Assembly: GCA_963678065.2 (NCBI GenBank)
Contig: CAXXVZ010000003.1
Coordinates: 1,568,001-1,632,000, forward strand
Reading direction: 5' to 3'
DNA: 64,000 bases
Source of the DNA: Treponemataceae bacterium
GTDB lineage: Bacteria; Spirochaetota; Spirochaetia; Treponematales; Rectinemataceae
The notes under the pieces were generated by a model, which was not told where the DNA came from, ran no database searches, and saw nothing but the letters and a program-made list of their open reading frames with translations. Below are positions 48,693-60,779 of the stretch, piece after piece; position 1 is the first letter of the stretch, and the number at the start of each line of letters is the position of its first letter. A program made the position numbers and the translations under genes.

Positions 48693-49379
48693 ATGGCTAT
48701 CCTGCATCTGGAAAAAATCGGGAAGATCTACCAGAAGGGCGAAAACAGAGTCGTCGCCCTCGGAAGCATCGATCTCGATGTCGAAAAAGGGGAACTCCTC
48801 GCGGTCGTCGGCCCCTCGGGATCGGGCAAGACGACCCTCCTCAACATCATCGGCTGCCTCGACCTCCCGAGCTCGGGGAAGATGGTCTACGCGGGCAAGG
48901 AGCTCAAGGCCATGGGTGAGAAGGAGCTCTCGACCTACCGTAAGGAGCACGTGTCCTTCATCTTTCAGTCCTACAACCTCATACCCGTCCTCACCGTCCT
49001 CGAGAACGTGGAGCTCCCCCTCGTGATCGAGAAGAAGCTCGCGCCCGCCGAGATGCGGAAGAAGGCCATGGAGATGCTCGCGGCCGTGGCCCTTTCGGGC
49101 AAGGAAAACCGTTTTCCGCGCGAGCTTTCCGGCGGGCAGGAGCAGCGCGTGGCCATCGCGCGCGCCCTCGTGAAAGACCCCGTCGTCGTCCTCGCGGACG
49201 AGCCGACGGCCAATCTGGACTCGAAGACGGCGGCCGATATCGTCGACCTCATGAAGGAGATCAACGCCCGGCTCGGGACGACCTTCGTCTTCTCGACCCA
49301 CGACAGGCTTGTCATGGAGCACGCGCGCAGGATCGTCGAGCTGCGCGACGGAGCCATCGTCCGCGACGAAAGGAGGTAG
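48693..49379 (+). CDS. ABC ATP-binding protein, LolD/MacB-type
   Basis: GPSGSGKTT, FQSYNLIP, LSGGQEQRVAIARA, ADEPTANLD, STHD. Confidence 0.93.
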   Translation: MAILHLEKIGKIYQKGENRVVALGSIDLDVEKGELLAVVGPSGSGKTTLLNIIGCLDLPSSGKMVYAGKELKAMGEKELSTYRKEHVSFIFQSYNLIPVLTVLENVELPLVIEKKLAPAEMRKKAMEMLAAVALSGKENRFPRELSGGQEQRVAIARALVKDPVVVLADEPTANLDSKTAADIVDLMKEINARLGTTFVFSTHDRLVMEHARRIVELRDGAIVRDERR

Positions 49380-49382
49380 GCG

Positions 49383-50660
49383 ATGAAGAACACCCTCTTT
49401 GTCATCGCTGCGCGCAACGTCCTCAGGAACAAGCGCAGGACCCTCGTCACGGCCATCGTCCTCACTGCGGGCATCGCGTCCTTCATCGCCTTCGATTCCC
49501 TTCTCGCCGGCATGGACAGGATGACGATCGACTCGATGATGGACCTGACCACCTCGGGGCTCGTGATCCGCAGCCCCGAGTACGAGGAGAACAGCGCGGG
49601 CACTCCCCTCGCCTACGGCATCGAAGACCCGGCGCCCACGGTCGCCTTCCTCTCTGACAAGGTGCCCGGCATCACTGCGGCGACCGCGCGCACGAAGTTC
49701 CTCGCGACGGTCTCCAATTACGCCGACGAGATGCCCGTCGTGGCCGTGGCCCTGGATCCCGAGACCGACGGGCGCGTGTTCACGCTCCCGGAGCATCTCG
49801 AGGCCGGAAACTGGTTCGCAGGCCCCGAGGCCAAATCCGTGGTCATGGGCGGGGCCCTCGCGCGCGAACTCGGGCTCAAGCTCGGGGACTATGTCCTCGT
49901 ATCGGCCCGGACCGTGGACGACAACGTCAACGCCGACGAGTATCTCATCGCCGGTCTTCTCGATTCGGCTGCTCCGGAGATCGGCCGCGGCGGGCTCTTC
50001 ATGAGTTTCGGAGCCGCCAGGGAGTTGCTGGGCCAAAGTCTCCCCATCACCGAAATCGCCGCCTCCGTCTCGCGCGCAGGCAACCTCGACCGCGTCCTCG
50101 CTGGAGCGGAGAAAACGGCGACCGCCGGCGCCGCTGCCCTGAAAGCTGCAAGGCGCCCTCCCCTCGCCTTCACGCCTATAGGTGCGCTGGCTGGCGACTA
50201 CCTCGCGATGAGAAACATGAAAGCCAAGTACTCCTTCATGATCATCCTCGTCGTCCTCGCGATCGCGGCGGTCGGCATCGTGAACACTGTCCTCATGAGC
50301 GTCTACGCGAGGATCCGCGAGATCGGCGTGCTGCTCGCCTACGGTATGAGGCAGAAGGATATAAAGCGGCTCTTCGCCCTCGAGGGACTCATCGTCGGCA
50401 TCGTGGGCTCGGCGGGCGGGCTCGCCGTGGGGGCCCTCATCGTCTGGTACCTTGTGACCGCGGGCATGAACCTCGACACGATGATGGGCAAGATCGACAT
50501 GGGGAGCATTCCCCTGGGCGGAGTCCTGCGAGGCGAGTGGAAGCCGGCATCGATGCTCGTGGGCTTCGTCTTCGGGGTCGTCTGCTCCTGGCTCGCGGCC
50601 CTCATCCCCGCGCGCAAGGCTTCGCGCATGCAGGCCGTGGATGCTCTCCATTTCGTATGA
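49383..50660 (+). CDS. FtsX/LolC-E type ABC permease
   Basis: RNV.RNKRRT, large periplasmic domain, NTVLMSV.ARIREIG, PARKASRM. Confidence 0.9.
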   Translation: MKNTLFVIAARNVLRNKRRTLVTAIVLTAGIASFIAFDSLLAGMDRMTIDSMMDLTTSGLVIRSPEYEENSAGTPLAYGIEDPAPTVAFLSDKVPGITAATARTKFLATVSNYADEMPVVAVALDPETDGRVFTLPEHLEAGNWFAGPEAKSVVMGGALARELGLKLGDYVLVSARTVDDNVNADEYLIAGLLDSAAPEIGRGGLFMSFGAARELLGQSLPITEIAASVSRAGNLDRVLAGAEKTATAGAAALKAARRPPLAFTPIGALAGDYLAMRNMKAKYSFMIILVVLAIAAVGIVNTVLMSVYARIREIGVLLAYGMRQKDIKRLFALEGLIVGIVGSAGGLAVGALIVWYLVTAGMNLDTMMGKIDMGSIPLGGVLRGEWKPASMLVGFVFGVVCSWLAALIPARKASRMQAVDALHFV

Positions 50661-50689
50661 AACGCCGCTATATATAAGGAAGGACAACC

Positions 50690-51934
50690 GTGAAACTGAT
50701 CGAATTCGCGGGACGGAATGTCCTGCGCAACACGAGGCGCAGCCTCCTCGCCGCCGCCTCAGTCCTCCTCTCCATACTCATGATCGTCGTGCTGAACGGG
50801 CTCACCGAGGGCTTCCTCGACTCCCTCGTCCGGAACTACACGAAAAACGAGACCGGTCACGTGAACATAAGTACGGCAGCTTTTCGGGCCCGTGAGCGGT
50901 TTATGCCGGTCGACGAGTACATTCCCGGAGCGGACGGGCTCGCGGAAAAGTCGGTCACCCTCCTCGCCGGGGCGGGCATCCGCGCGAAAACGGCGGAGCG
51001 CATACGATTCGGCGTCATCCTCTCCGCGGGCGAGAACACGAAGACGGCCCTCGGCATAGCGGGTGAGGCTGAAAAGGAGAGAAGCCTCCTCATGCTCGAC
51101 CGGAGTGTCCTGCCCGGCGGCACGTATTGTTCGGAGCCGGGAACCGTCATTCTCGGAGATAAGCTGGCCCGCGACCTGGGACTCTCCGCAGGCGATCTCC
51201 TCAAAATCGTCACGAGGAAGGCGGACGGCGGCCTCGGCTACAAGAAACTCCTGATCTCGGGCATCTTCCGCACCGGCGTGAACTCCCTCGACGGGACTGT
51301 CTTCCAGATGGGCCTCGCCGATGCCCGCGAGCTCCTCGGCATGGAAGGCGGAAGCCAGAGCATCCTCGTCATGCTCGAGGATTACAAACAGGCCGGCCGG
51401 GCCGCCGCTGTCCTGGCCTCGGCGCCGGAGTTCGGAGCAGCTTCCGGGCTCTCCGTCCTTCCCTGGACGAAAATCGGCGAATACCCCCGCCTCATCGCCA
51501 TGGCAAGGGCCATCTACATCTGGGTATGGGTCTTCGTCGCATTCCTCGGAGCCTTCATCATCGCCAATGTCCTCATGATGGTGATCCTTGAACGGCGGAG
51601 GGAAACGGGAATTCTCATGTCCATGGGCATGCCCCGGCGCGAAATCCTCAGCCTTTTCGTTCTCGAAGGCGCGATGATCGGGGCGGCCGGCTCGACGGCC
51701 GGCTCTCTTCTCGGCACCCTCTTCAACCTCGCCCTCTCGAAGAAGGGCTTCGACATGACGAGCGCCATGGCGGCCATGACCTGGCCCATGGACAACGTCA
51801 TCCATCCGAGGGCTGACATCTTCACGGCCCTCGCCTTCATCGCGATGGGCACCCTCGTCGCGGCGATCGTCTCCTGGCTGCCCGCCCGGAACGCCTCCCG
51901 CATGAACCCTGTGGACGCGATCAGGTCCGTCTGA
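50690..51934 (+). CDS. FtsX/LolC-E type ABC permease
   Basis: RNVLRNTRRS, TGHV, ERRRETG, PARNASRMNPVDAIR. Confidence 0.9.
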   Translation: MKLIEFAGRNVLRNTRRSLLAAASVLLSILMIVVLNGLTEGFLDSLVRNYTKNETGHVNISTAAFRARERFMPVDEYIPGADGLAEKSVTLLAGAGIRAKTAERIRFGVILSAGENTKTALGIAGEAEKERSLLMLDRSVLPGGTYCSEPGTVILGDKLARDLGLSAGDLLKIVTRKADGGLGYKKLLISGIFRTGVNSLDGTVFQMGLADARELLGMEGGSQSILVMLEDYKQAGRAAAVLASAPEFGAASGLSVLPWTKIGEYPRLIAMARAIYIWVWVFVAFLGAFIIANVLMMVILERRRETGILMSMGMPRREILSLFVLEGAMIGAAGSTAGSLLGTLFNLALSKKGFDMTSAMAAMTWPMDNVIHPRADIFTALAFIAMGTLVAAIVSWLPARNASRMNPVDAIRSV

Positions 51935-51952
51935 ACAAAGGAGCCGAAAACC

Positions 51953-52774
51953 ATGAAAAAGCGCGTATTCGCACGCACGACACTCCTCGCCCTCTTCCTT
52001 GTCATCGCGGCGGTCCCGCAGGCGGCCGCTCAGACAGGCGCCCAGCCAGTTGCTCAAACTGCCGTCCAGGCGGTCGCACAAGCCGCGGCTCAGCCGGCCA
52101 TCGACGCAAAGGCCATTCTCGCCCGGATGGAGGCGAATCAGGTCTACCACTCCATCGAGTATTCCGGGAAAATGGAGATCACGGGCGGTGGCAAGACACG
52201 CATCAAGCTCATGAAGGCCTGGGCAGTCGGAGCCGACAAGGCCTTCATCGAGTTCGAAAACCCCGAGGACAAGGGTGTGCGCATGCTCAAGCTCGGCAAG
52301 AACCTCTGGATGTACTTTCCGAAAGAGCGCGACACGGTCAAAATCTCGGGCCACCTTCTCAAGGAAGGCATGATGGGCTCCGATGTCTCCTACGAGGACG
52401 CGATGGAGCCGGGGGCACTGCGCGAGCTCTACGCGGCCGAGACGGCGGGAGAGGAGACCGTGGGCGGACGGACCTGCGTCGTTCTGGAGCTCGTGGCGAA
52501 AAAACCCGACCTCGCCTATTCCCGCCGCACTCTCTGGATCGACACCGAGCGCTACATCACCATGCAGACCCGCCTCTACGCCCGCTCGGGCAAGCTCCTC
52601 AAGGAGACCCGCACGCTGGAAACCGGCAAGATCGGCGAGCGATGGTTCCCGGTGAGCGTGGAGATGTCGGACAAGCTGAAGAAGGACTCGAAGACGGTCT
52701 TCACGATGACGAATCTCGTCCTCGACCCCAAGATCGACGAGAGCCGCTTCAGCCTGGCGACGCTGACAAAATGA
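51953..52774 (+). CDS. LolA-like outer membrane lipoprotein-sorting family protein
   Basis: Signal peptide; F..P.DKG..ML......WMYFP......KI......MGSD.SYED. Confidence 0.82.
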   Translation: MKKRVFARTTLLALFLVIAAVPQAAAQTGAQPVAQTAVQAVAQAAAQPAIDAKAILARMEANQVYHSIEYSGKMEITGGGKTRIKLMKAWAVGADKAFIEFENPEDKGVRMLKLGKNLWMYFPKERDTVKISGHLLKEGMMGSDVSYEDAMEPGALRELYAAETAGEETVGGRTCVVLELVAKKPDLAYSRRTLWIDTERYITMQTRLYARSGKLLKETRTLETGKIGERWFPVSVEMSDKLKKDSKTVFTMTNLVLDPKIDESRFSLATLTK

Positions 52775-53985
52775 AAACGCCATTCATCCTCGCCCTGTCC
52801 ACCCTCGCCTTCGCGGTGGTCGCCTCGCTCTCCGCGCAGGCGGAAACCGGTCCGGGCGCGGAAACCGGGCGGGAAGAATCTCCCTGGAGTCTTTCGGGAT
52901 CGATCGGGCACGCGTCTTCCCTCGCGTGGACCGCCGGTTCCGGCCTCGGGTACGGCTCGGCCACGGCCCTTTCCGTCGGCGCGAGCTTCAGGAGCGGCGG
53001 CTTTTCGGGCAGGTTTTCCGCCGAGGCGGATCTGCTCACCGGAACACGGGCGCGGGAGATCTGGCTCGCTGCCGCCGCTTCCGTCGACGCCGCAGCATCG
53101 GCCGGAGCGGATGCGACAGGCGACTCGGCCTACCTTTCCGCGGGTGGTATCCTCCCCGACTTCCTCATGATCCCCGGCTACATACCAGGCATCCTGCCCG
53201 CCGGCAGCTCGCCGGATAGCCTCGTCGTCCTCAAGGTCGACGAATTCACCATCGGCTACGGCGGCGACAGGCTCCGGATGTCGGCCGGACGCATGGCCGT
53301 CAACTTCGGACAGGGCCTCGCCTTCAGCCCGGCGGACATCTTCGCGGTCTTCGACCGTTCGGGCATCATGCCCAAGCGCAAAGGGGTCGACGTGCTCGAA
53401 GTATCCGCTTTCCCCCTTCCCCTGGCCGACCTCCGCTTTGTCGCAAAACCCTCCGCGCGCGGATTGGAGGCGGGCAGCTACGCGACCCGCTCCTACATCT
53501 TCCTTTTTGACACAGTCGGGGTGGCCTTCGGCGCCGCCTGGTCGGGAACCGAGCAGGCCTGGACACTCAGCCCCGAAATCCGGATCGACACGGGTTTCGC
53601 TTCGATCTACGGAGAGGCGGCCTGGCATCTTCCCTCCGCCGGGTCGACGTCCTCGCAGGCGGTCAACGCCATGGCCGGCTTCGACACGAGCGTCGCCGAC
53701 ACCGTCTTCATCGCAGAATACGGCTACTATGGGCAGGAAACCGATCCCCACCGCGCATTCGCCTCGATCTCCCGCGCGCTCGGAGACGAGGGGAGTCTCG
53801 CGGCCTCGGCCACATGGATACCCGGCTCCTCCATCTTCACGGCGGCCCTGGCCCTCACAGTCCCGGACGTCCTTGGCGCCGACCTTTCGGCCGGGCTCTC
53901 GGCGACGCGGATTCCCGGCACGGAACCCTCCGACCTTTCGGGCTGGAAACCGGGCCTCACCCTCTCGGTGCTCAAAAATTTCTGA
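52771..53985 (+). CDS. Putative outer membrane beta-barrel protein
   Basis: Signal peptide, AGRM..NFGQG..FSP.D motif, amphipathic beta pattern and C-terminal Phe; ATGA overlap with the upstream gene. Confidence 0.6.
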   Translation: MKTPFILALSTLAFAVVASLSAQAETGPGAETGREESPWSLSGSIGHASSLAWTAGSGLGYGSATALSVGASFRSGGFSGRFSAEADLLTGTRAREIWLAAAASVDAAASAGADATGDSAYLSAGGILPDFLMIPGYIPGILPAGSSPDSLVVLKVDEFTIGYGGDRLRMSAGRMAVNFGQGLAFSPADIFAVFDRSGIMPKRKGVDVLEVSAFPLPLADLRFVAKPSARGLEAGSYATRSYIFLFDTVGVAFGAAWSGTEQAWTLSPEIRIDTGFASIYGEAAWHLPSAGSTSSQAVNAMAGFDTSVADTVFIAEYGYYGQETDPHRAFASISRALGDEGSLAASATWIPGSSIFTAALALTVPDVLGADLSAGLSATRIPGTEPSDLSGWKPGLTLSVLKNF

Positions 53986-54158
53986 GCACTTCAGGCGAAC
54001 AACGCTCGCCTGAATCCCGCCTCCTTCCTCACCCTCTCGATGGCTGTGTCCTGCCCGTTTTTCCCCGCGCGCGAAAGGCTCACTGGAAACGATTCCCCCA
54101 AATGTGGCATACTCGCGGGATTGAATGGGTCCGCCAGTCGGGAACCAGGAGGAACAAG

Positions 54159-57421
<3,263 letters not shown>

Positions 57422-57425
<4 letters not shown>

Positions 57426-58669
57426 GCGCTCGCGGAGGCAATCCCGCCGCGGCCGGAAGAGTGGCCTCGAGCCACCCTTCGTACGGGGATCTCGGCAGGA
57501 ACAGGGATTTCAGGCTCTTCGTCCTCGCCTCTGTCTTCATGGGGCTCGGGGCCTGCGTCAATTCGGCCTCGTTCAACAATTACCTGCGCGATCGCTTCGC
57601 CATCGGGATAGCGCAGCGCACCTTCCTGGAATTCCCCCGCGAGCTGCCGGGATTCCTTGTCAGCTTCACTGTGGGAATCCTCGCGATGCTCGGCGAAGTG
57701 CGCATCGCGGCCATCGCGGCGGCCCTCGCGGCGGCGGGCATGCTCGCCCTCGGCTGGATTCCCTCCTCCTTCGTCCTCATGGTCGGCGCGGCCTTCATCT
57801 ACAGCTCGGGCCAGCACATTTTCATGCCGATATCCAACAGCATCGGCATGAGCTTTGCCAGCTCGGGCAAGGAGGGCTCTGTTCTCGGACGAATCCAGTC
57901 CTCCACGACGATCGCCCTCGTGACAGGGACCGGCATCCTCCTCCTCTTGTTCAAATTCGCGCACATCTCCTACAAAGCCGCATACTCGGCCGGCGCCCTC
58001 AGTTTTGTCGCCGCCGCCGTCTGTCTCGCGCTGATGGCTCCCATCAAGCGGGAGGGAACGACGAGGAGATTCGTCGTCCGTCGCGAGTACTCGCGGTTCT
58101 ACGCCATCTCCGTGCTGTACGGAGCGCGCAAACAGCTCTTCATCACCTTCGGGCCGTGGATGATCGTGGACCTGTTCAAACAGTCCGTCTCGACGATGAC
58201 GCTGCTCTTCTTCATCGTCTCCATCGTGGGAATTTTCCTGAAACCGGCCATCGGAAAACTGACAGACCGCTTCGGTCCCCGGAAAGTTCTCGGCGCCGAG
58301 GCCCTCATCACCGTCGCGCTGTGCATGATCTACGCTTTTTCGCCCGAGCTCTTGCCTCCGGGGACCGCCCTCGTCGTCGTGGCAGCCTGTTATATATGCG
58401 ACCAGGCCCTCGATTCCGTCTCCATGACACGATCGATCTATGCCCGGAAGATCGTGCTCTCCGTGCAGGATCTCGCGCCCACCCTCTCTTTCGGGATAAG
58501 CATCGACCACATCGTGTCCATGACCCTGCCCATGCTCGGCGGGCTCATCTGGAGAAGCTCCGGGAATCTCGGATACAGGTGGGTCTTCCTGGGCGGAGCC
58601 ACTGTCGCCCTCGCCAATTTCGCGCTGACGAGGGGAATGAAAGAGAGCCCCGCCGCGCAGCGGGACTGA
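57422..58669 (+). CDS. MFS transporter
   Basis: About 12 hydrophobic segments; G.LTDRFGPRK motif A-like; GTG start overlaps the ileS stop. Confidence 0.82.
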
Positions 58670-58768
58670 GCCATTCCTCGATTGCGCCGGCTGGCCCCGC
58701 TCCGGGCTCCCGCGCGAACGGATTGCGCCCTTGAGCTTTGCGATCCGATACAGAACCGGAGGGAAGGA

Positions 58769-59365
58769 TCAGTTTCCCGACTTCGGTTTCGGCTTGCGCG
58801 GCCCCGGCTTCCATTCAGGCTCGACAGGCACCCAGTTCACGCGCGGGCGGCGCTGATTCGCAGCTCGGGTTTCCGATTTTCCGAGAAGGGCGAGCCCCTT
58901 CGCTCCCGCTCTCCCTCCTTCTGTTGCCTGCCCAAGGCTGCCCAAGGCTGAGAATGTCATGCCCGTTTTCCCTGGCGCTGTCTCAGTGGCGCCGGCCGAT
59001 GACCCCGCCCGGCCCACAGCCTCGGATATTTTCGATATCGTCTCCTCTGAAAGGTAATGCTCGATCCTGCAGGCATCCTCCTCTGCGATTCGCGCAGAAA
59101 CCCCGAGCAGGTCCCGGAAGAACGATGTGAGGAGAGCGTGCCGATCCCGGATCGCAGCCGAAGCAGCCTTCCCTTCCTCGGTCAGGTATATCTCTCCGTA
59201 ATGCTCATGATCGATCAAGCCCCGCCGCTCGAGTTCGTGGAGTGCCGTGTGGACCGAAGATTTGGAGACACCCAGTTCCTGCGCGATGTCCGTCACCCGC
59301 GCGATTCTGATCCGCTCGTGGAGAAGGCTGATGGTTTCCAGGTACATTTCGAGACTTTCCGTCAT
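58769..59365 (-). CDS. DtxR/MntR family metal-dependent regulator
   Basis: S.EMYLETI, DIA..LGVSKSSV, LT..G, RH..L..FF, AEEDACRIEH; low-complexity C-terminal tail. Confidence 0.92.
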   Translation of the reverse strand: MTESLEMYLETISLLHERIRIARVTDIAQELGVSKSSVHTALHELERRGLIDHEHYGEIYLTEEGKAASAAIRDRHALLTSFFRDLLGVSARIAEEDACRIEHYLSEETISKISEAVGRAGSSAGATETAPGKTGMTFSALGSLGQATEGGRAGAKGLALLGKSETRAANQRRPRVNWVPVEPEWKPGPRKPKPKSGN

Positions 59366-60573
59366 CGGACAGACTCCTCCAACCCGTAGTGCTCCTTGAC
59401 TCCCGGCAGAAGCAGCTCTCCGAGTTCCTTCCAGGGTAGTACGAAACGGTAGTCGCCGGCCGCATAGGGAGCGAGTTTGTATCTATCATATCCGAAACCG
59501 ACACCTGACAGACAGATGAAGAAATCGCCGCCTGCAGGAAGCTCATCTCCGAAAAAGCCCATTTCGCGCAGCGAATGCCCGGGCAGGAGACCCGCTTCCT
59601 CCCTGGCCCTCTCTGTCAGCAGGGACGAGACGCGGCTTTCCCACCCGGGAAGAAAAAAATCGCCGAGACCGCGTCCCGTGCCGTCGCCGACGCTGAAAAC
59701 CTGGTACCGCGCCGTCGACACAGGCTTCGCGGAGGCGGTCTTGATATCTCTCACCGTAACCGTGGAGAACAGGGAGCCGGCGAGCGCGAGCGACGATGTC
59801 CTCTCCTCGAAACGACGGATGCCCGTCCGGGCATTCCCGACAGTGTCGGCGAATTTCATCCGGGCGTAGGCTCCGACGCTGTTTCCATACCTCACTGCCC
59901 GCGCATATTCCAGACCGGCACGGCGGGGCCGCGCGATCTCGAGGCCGGCGAGACTGAAGGCCTCATCATCGCCGGCCTCCGTCCTTCGGAGGTATCTTCC
60001 GGCAAAATCAACGGAAACGGATCGGAGCTGCGCGGAGCCGGAGGTATCCCGGCGGAACGAGACAGGACCCGCTCTGGCCGCCACGAAAGGCGAATCGCCG
60101 GGCGAAGGATTCCTCATTGTCATTTCTCCGGCAAATCCCGAGCGGAACCAGAAGAATCCTCCGGACATTTCAGCCTTCCGGCGAAAATTGCCCATAAAAA
60201 TCAGACTGAATGTACCGTCTGGCAGAGCTCTCCCCGAAAGGAGGCCAACCCTTCCCCCGGGAAATTCCTCCCAGCTTCCCCACAGTTCTCTCGAATTCCC
60301 GGAAAGCATGAGGACGAGAGTTTCACCCTTCGCGGCTTTCTCCTCGCGCAGCTCCATGAAGAAATCGCCGCAGGGTCGGAAAATCGGACAGACGAGATTC
60401 CGGGGCCCCGCGAGGACGAGGGCGGCCGACGCAAGAACGAAGGGAAGGACGGTCAGGACAAAACCCCGCGCCCTGCGGCGCCAGTACCCGCTCCTCGCAA
60501 CCCCGGCTTCGCGTTTCGGTTCGAGGCGGCTCTCTCTCGGTTTGCCCAAACCAATGCTCCTCTCAGATATCAT
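59362..60573 (-). CDS. Exported/membrane protein with DUF3298 (RsiV-like) C-terminal domain
   Basis: N-terminal TM segment; C-terminal FFI...GV.F.YD.Y.LAPYAAG...F.LPW.EL. Confidence 0.6.
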   Translation of the reverse strand: MISERSIGLGKPRESRLEPKREAGVARSGYWRRRARGFVLTVLPFVLASAALVLAGPRNLVCPIFRPCGDFFMELREEKAAKGETLVLMLSGNSRELWGSWEEFPGGRVGLLSGRALPDGTFSLIFMGNFRRKAEMSGGFFWFRSGFAGEMTMRNPSPGDSPFVAARAGPVSFRRDTSGSAQLRSVSVDFAGRYLRRTEAGDDEAFSLAGLEIARPRRAGLEYARAVRYGNSVGAYARMKFADTVGNARTGIRRFEERTSSLALAGSLFSTVTVRDIKTASAKPVSTARYQVFSVGDGTGRGLGDFFLPGWESRVSSLLTERAREEAGLLPGHSLREMGFFGDELPAGGDFFICLSGVGFGYDRYKLAPYAAGDYRFVLPWKELGELLLPGVKEHYGLEESVR

Positions 60574-60779
60574 ATAGTGTTAATTTTTGTCGATAATGAT
60601 AGAAGCCCCCTGCAATCGTCCTCCCGATGCGCTACTATGGAAAAGGAGGAACGGGCTGGACCGGAGTCTTTCCCGTACACCATATGGGAAAATTTTTCTC
60701 ATATTTTCAGGTAGACCTCAGTGAGATATAAGATTAAGATTGTCTAGATCTTCCATACTATTAACCTAGGAGGATATCT

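Noticed and set aside
53986..54158. T-box leader upstream of ileS
   Set aside because: No T-box GGTGGNACCGCG motif; only a hairpin at about 53990-54014.
60592..60601. GATAATGATA as a second Fur box
   Set aside because: Only a half site; the other arm does not match.
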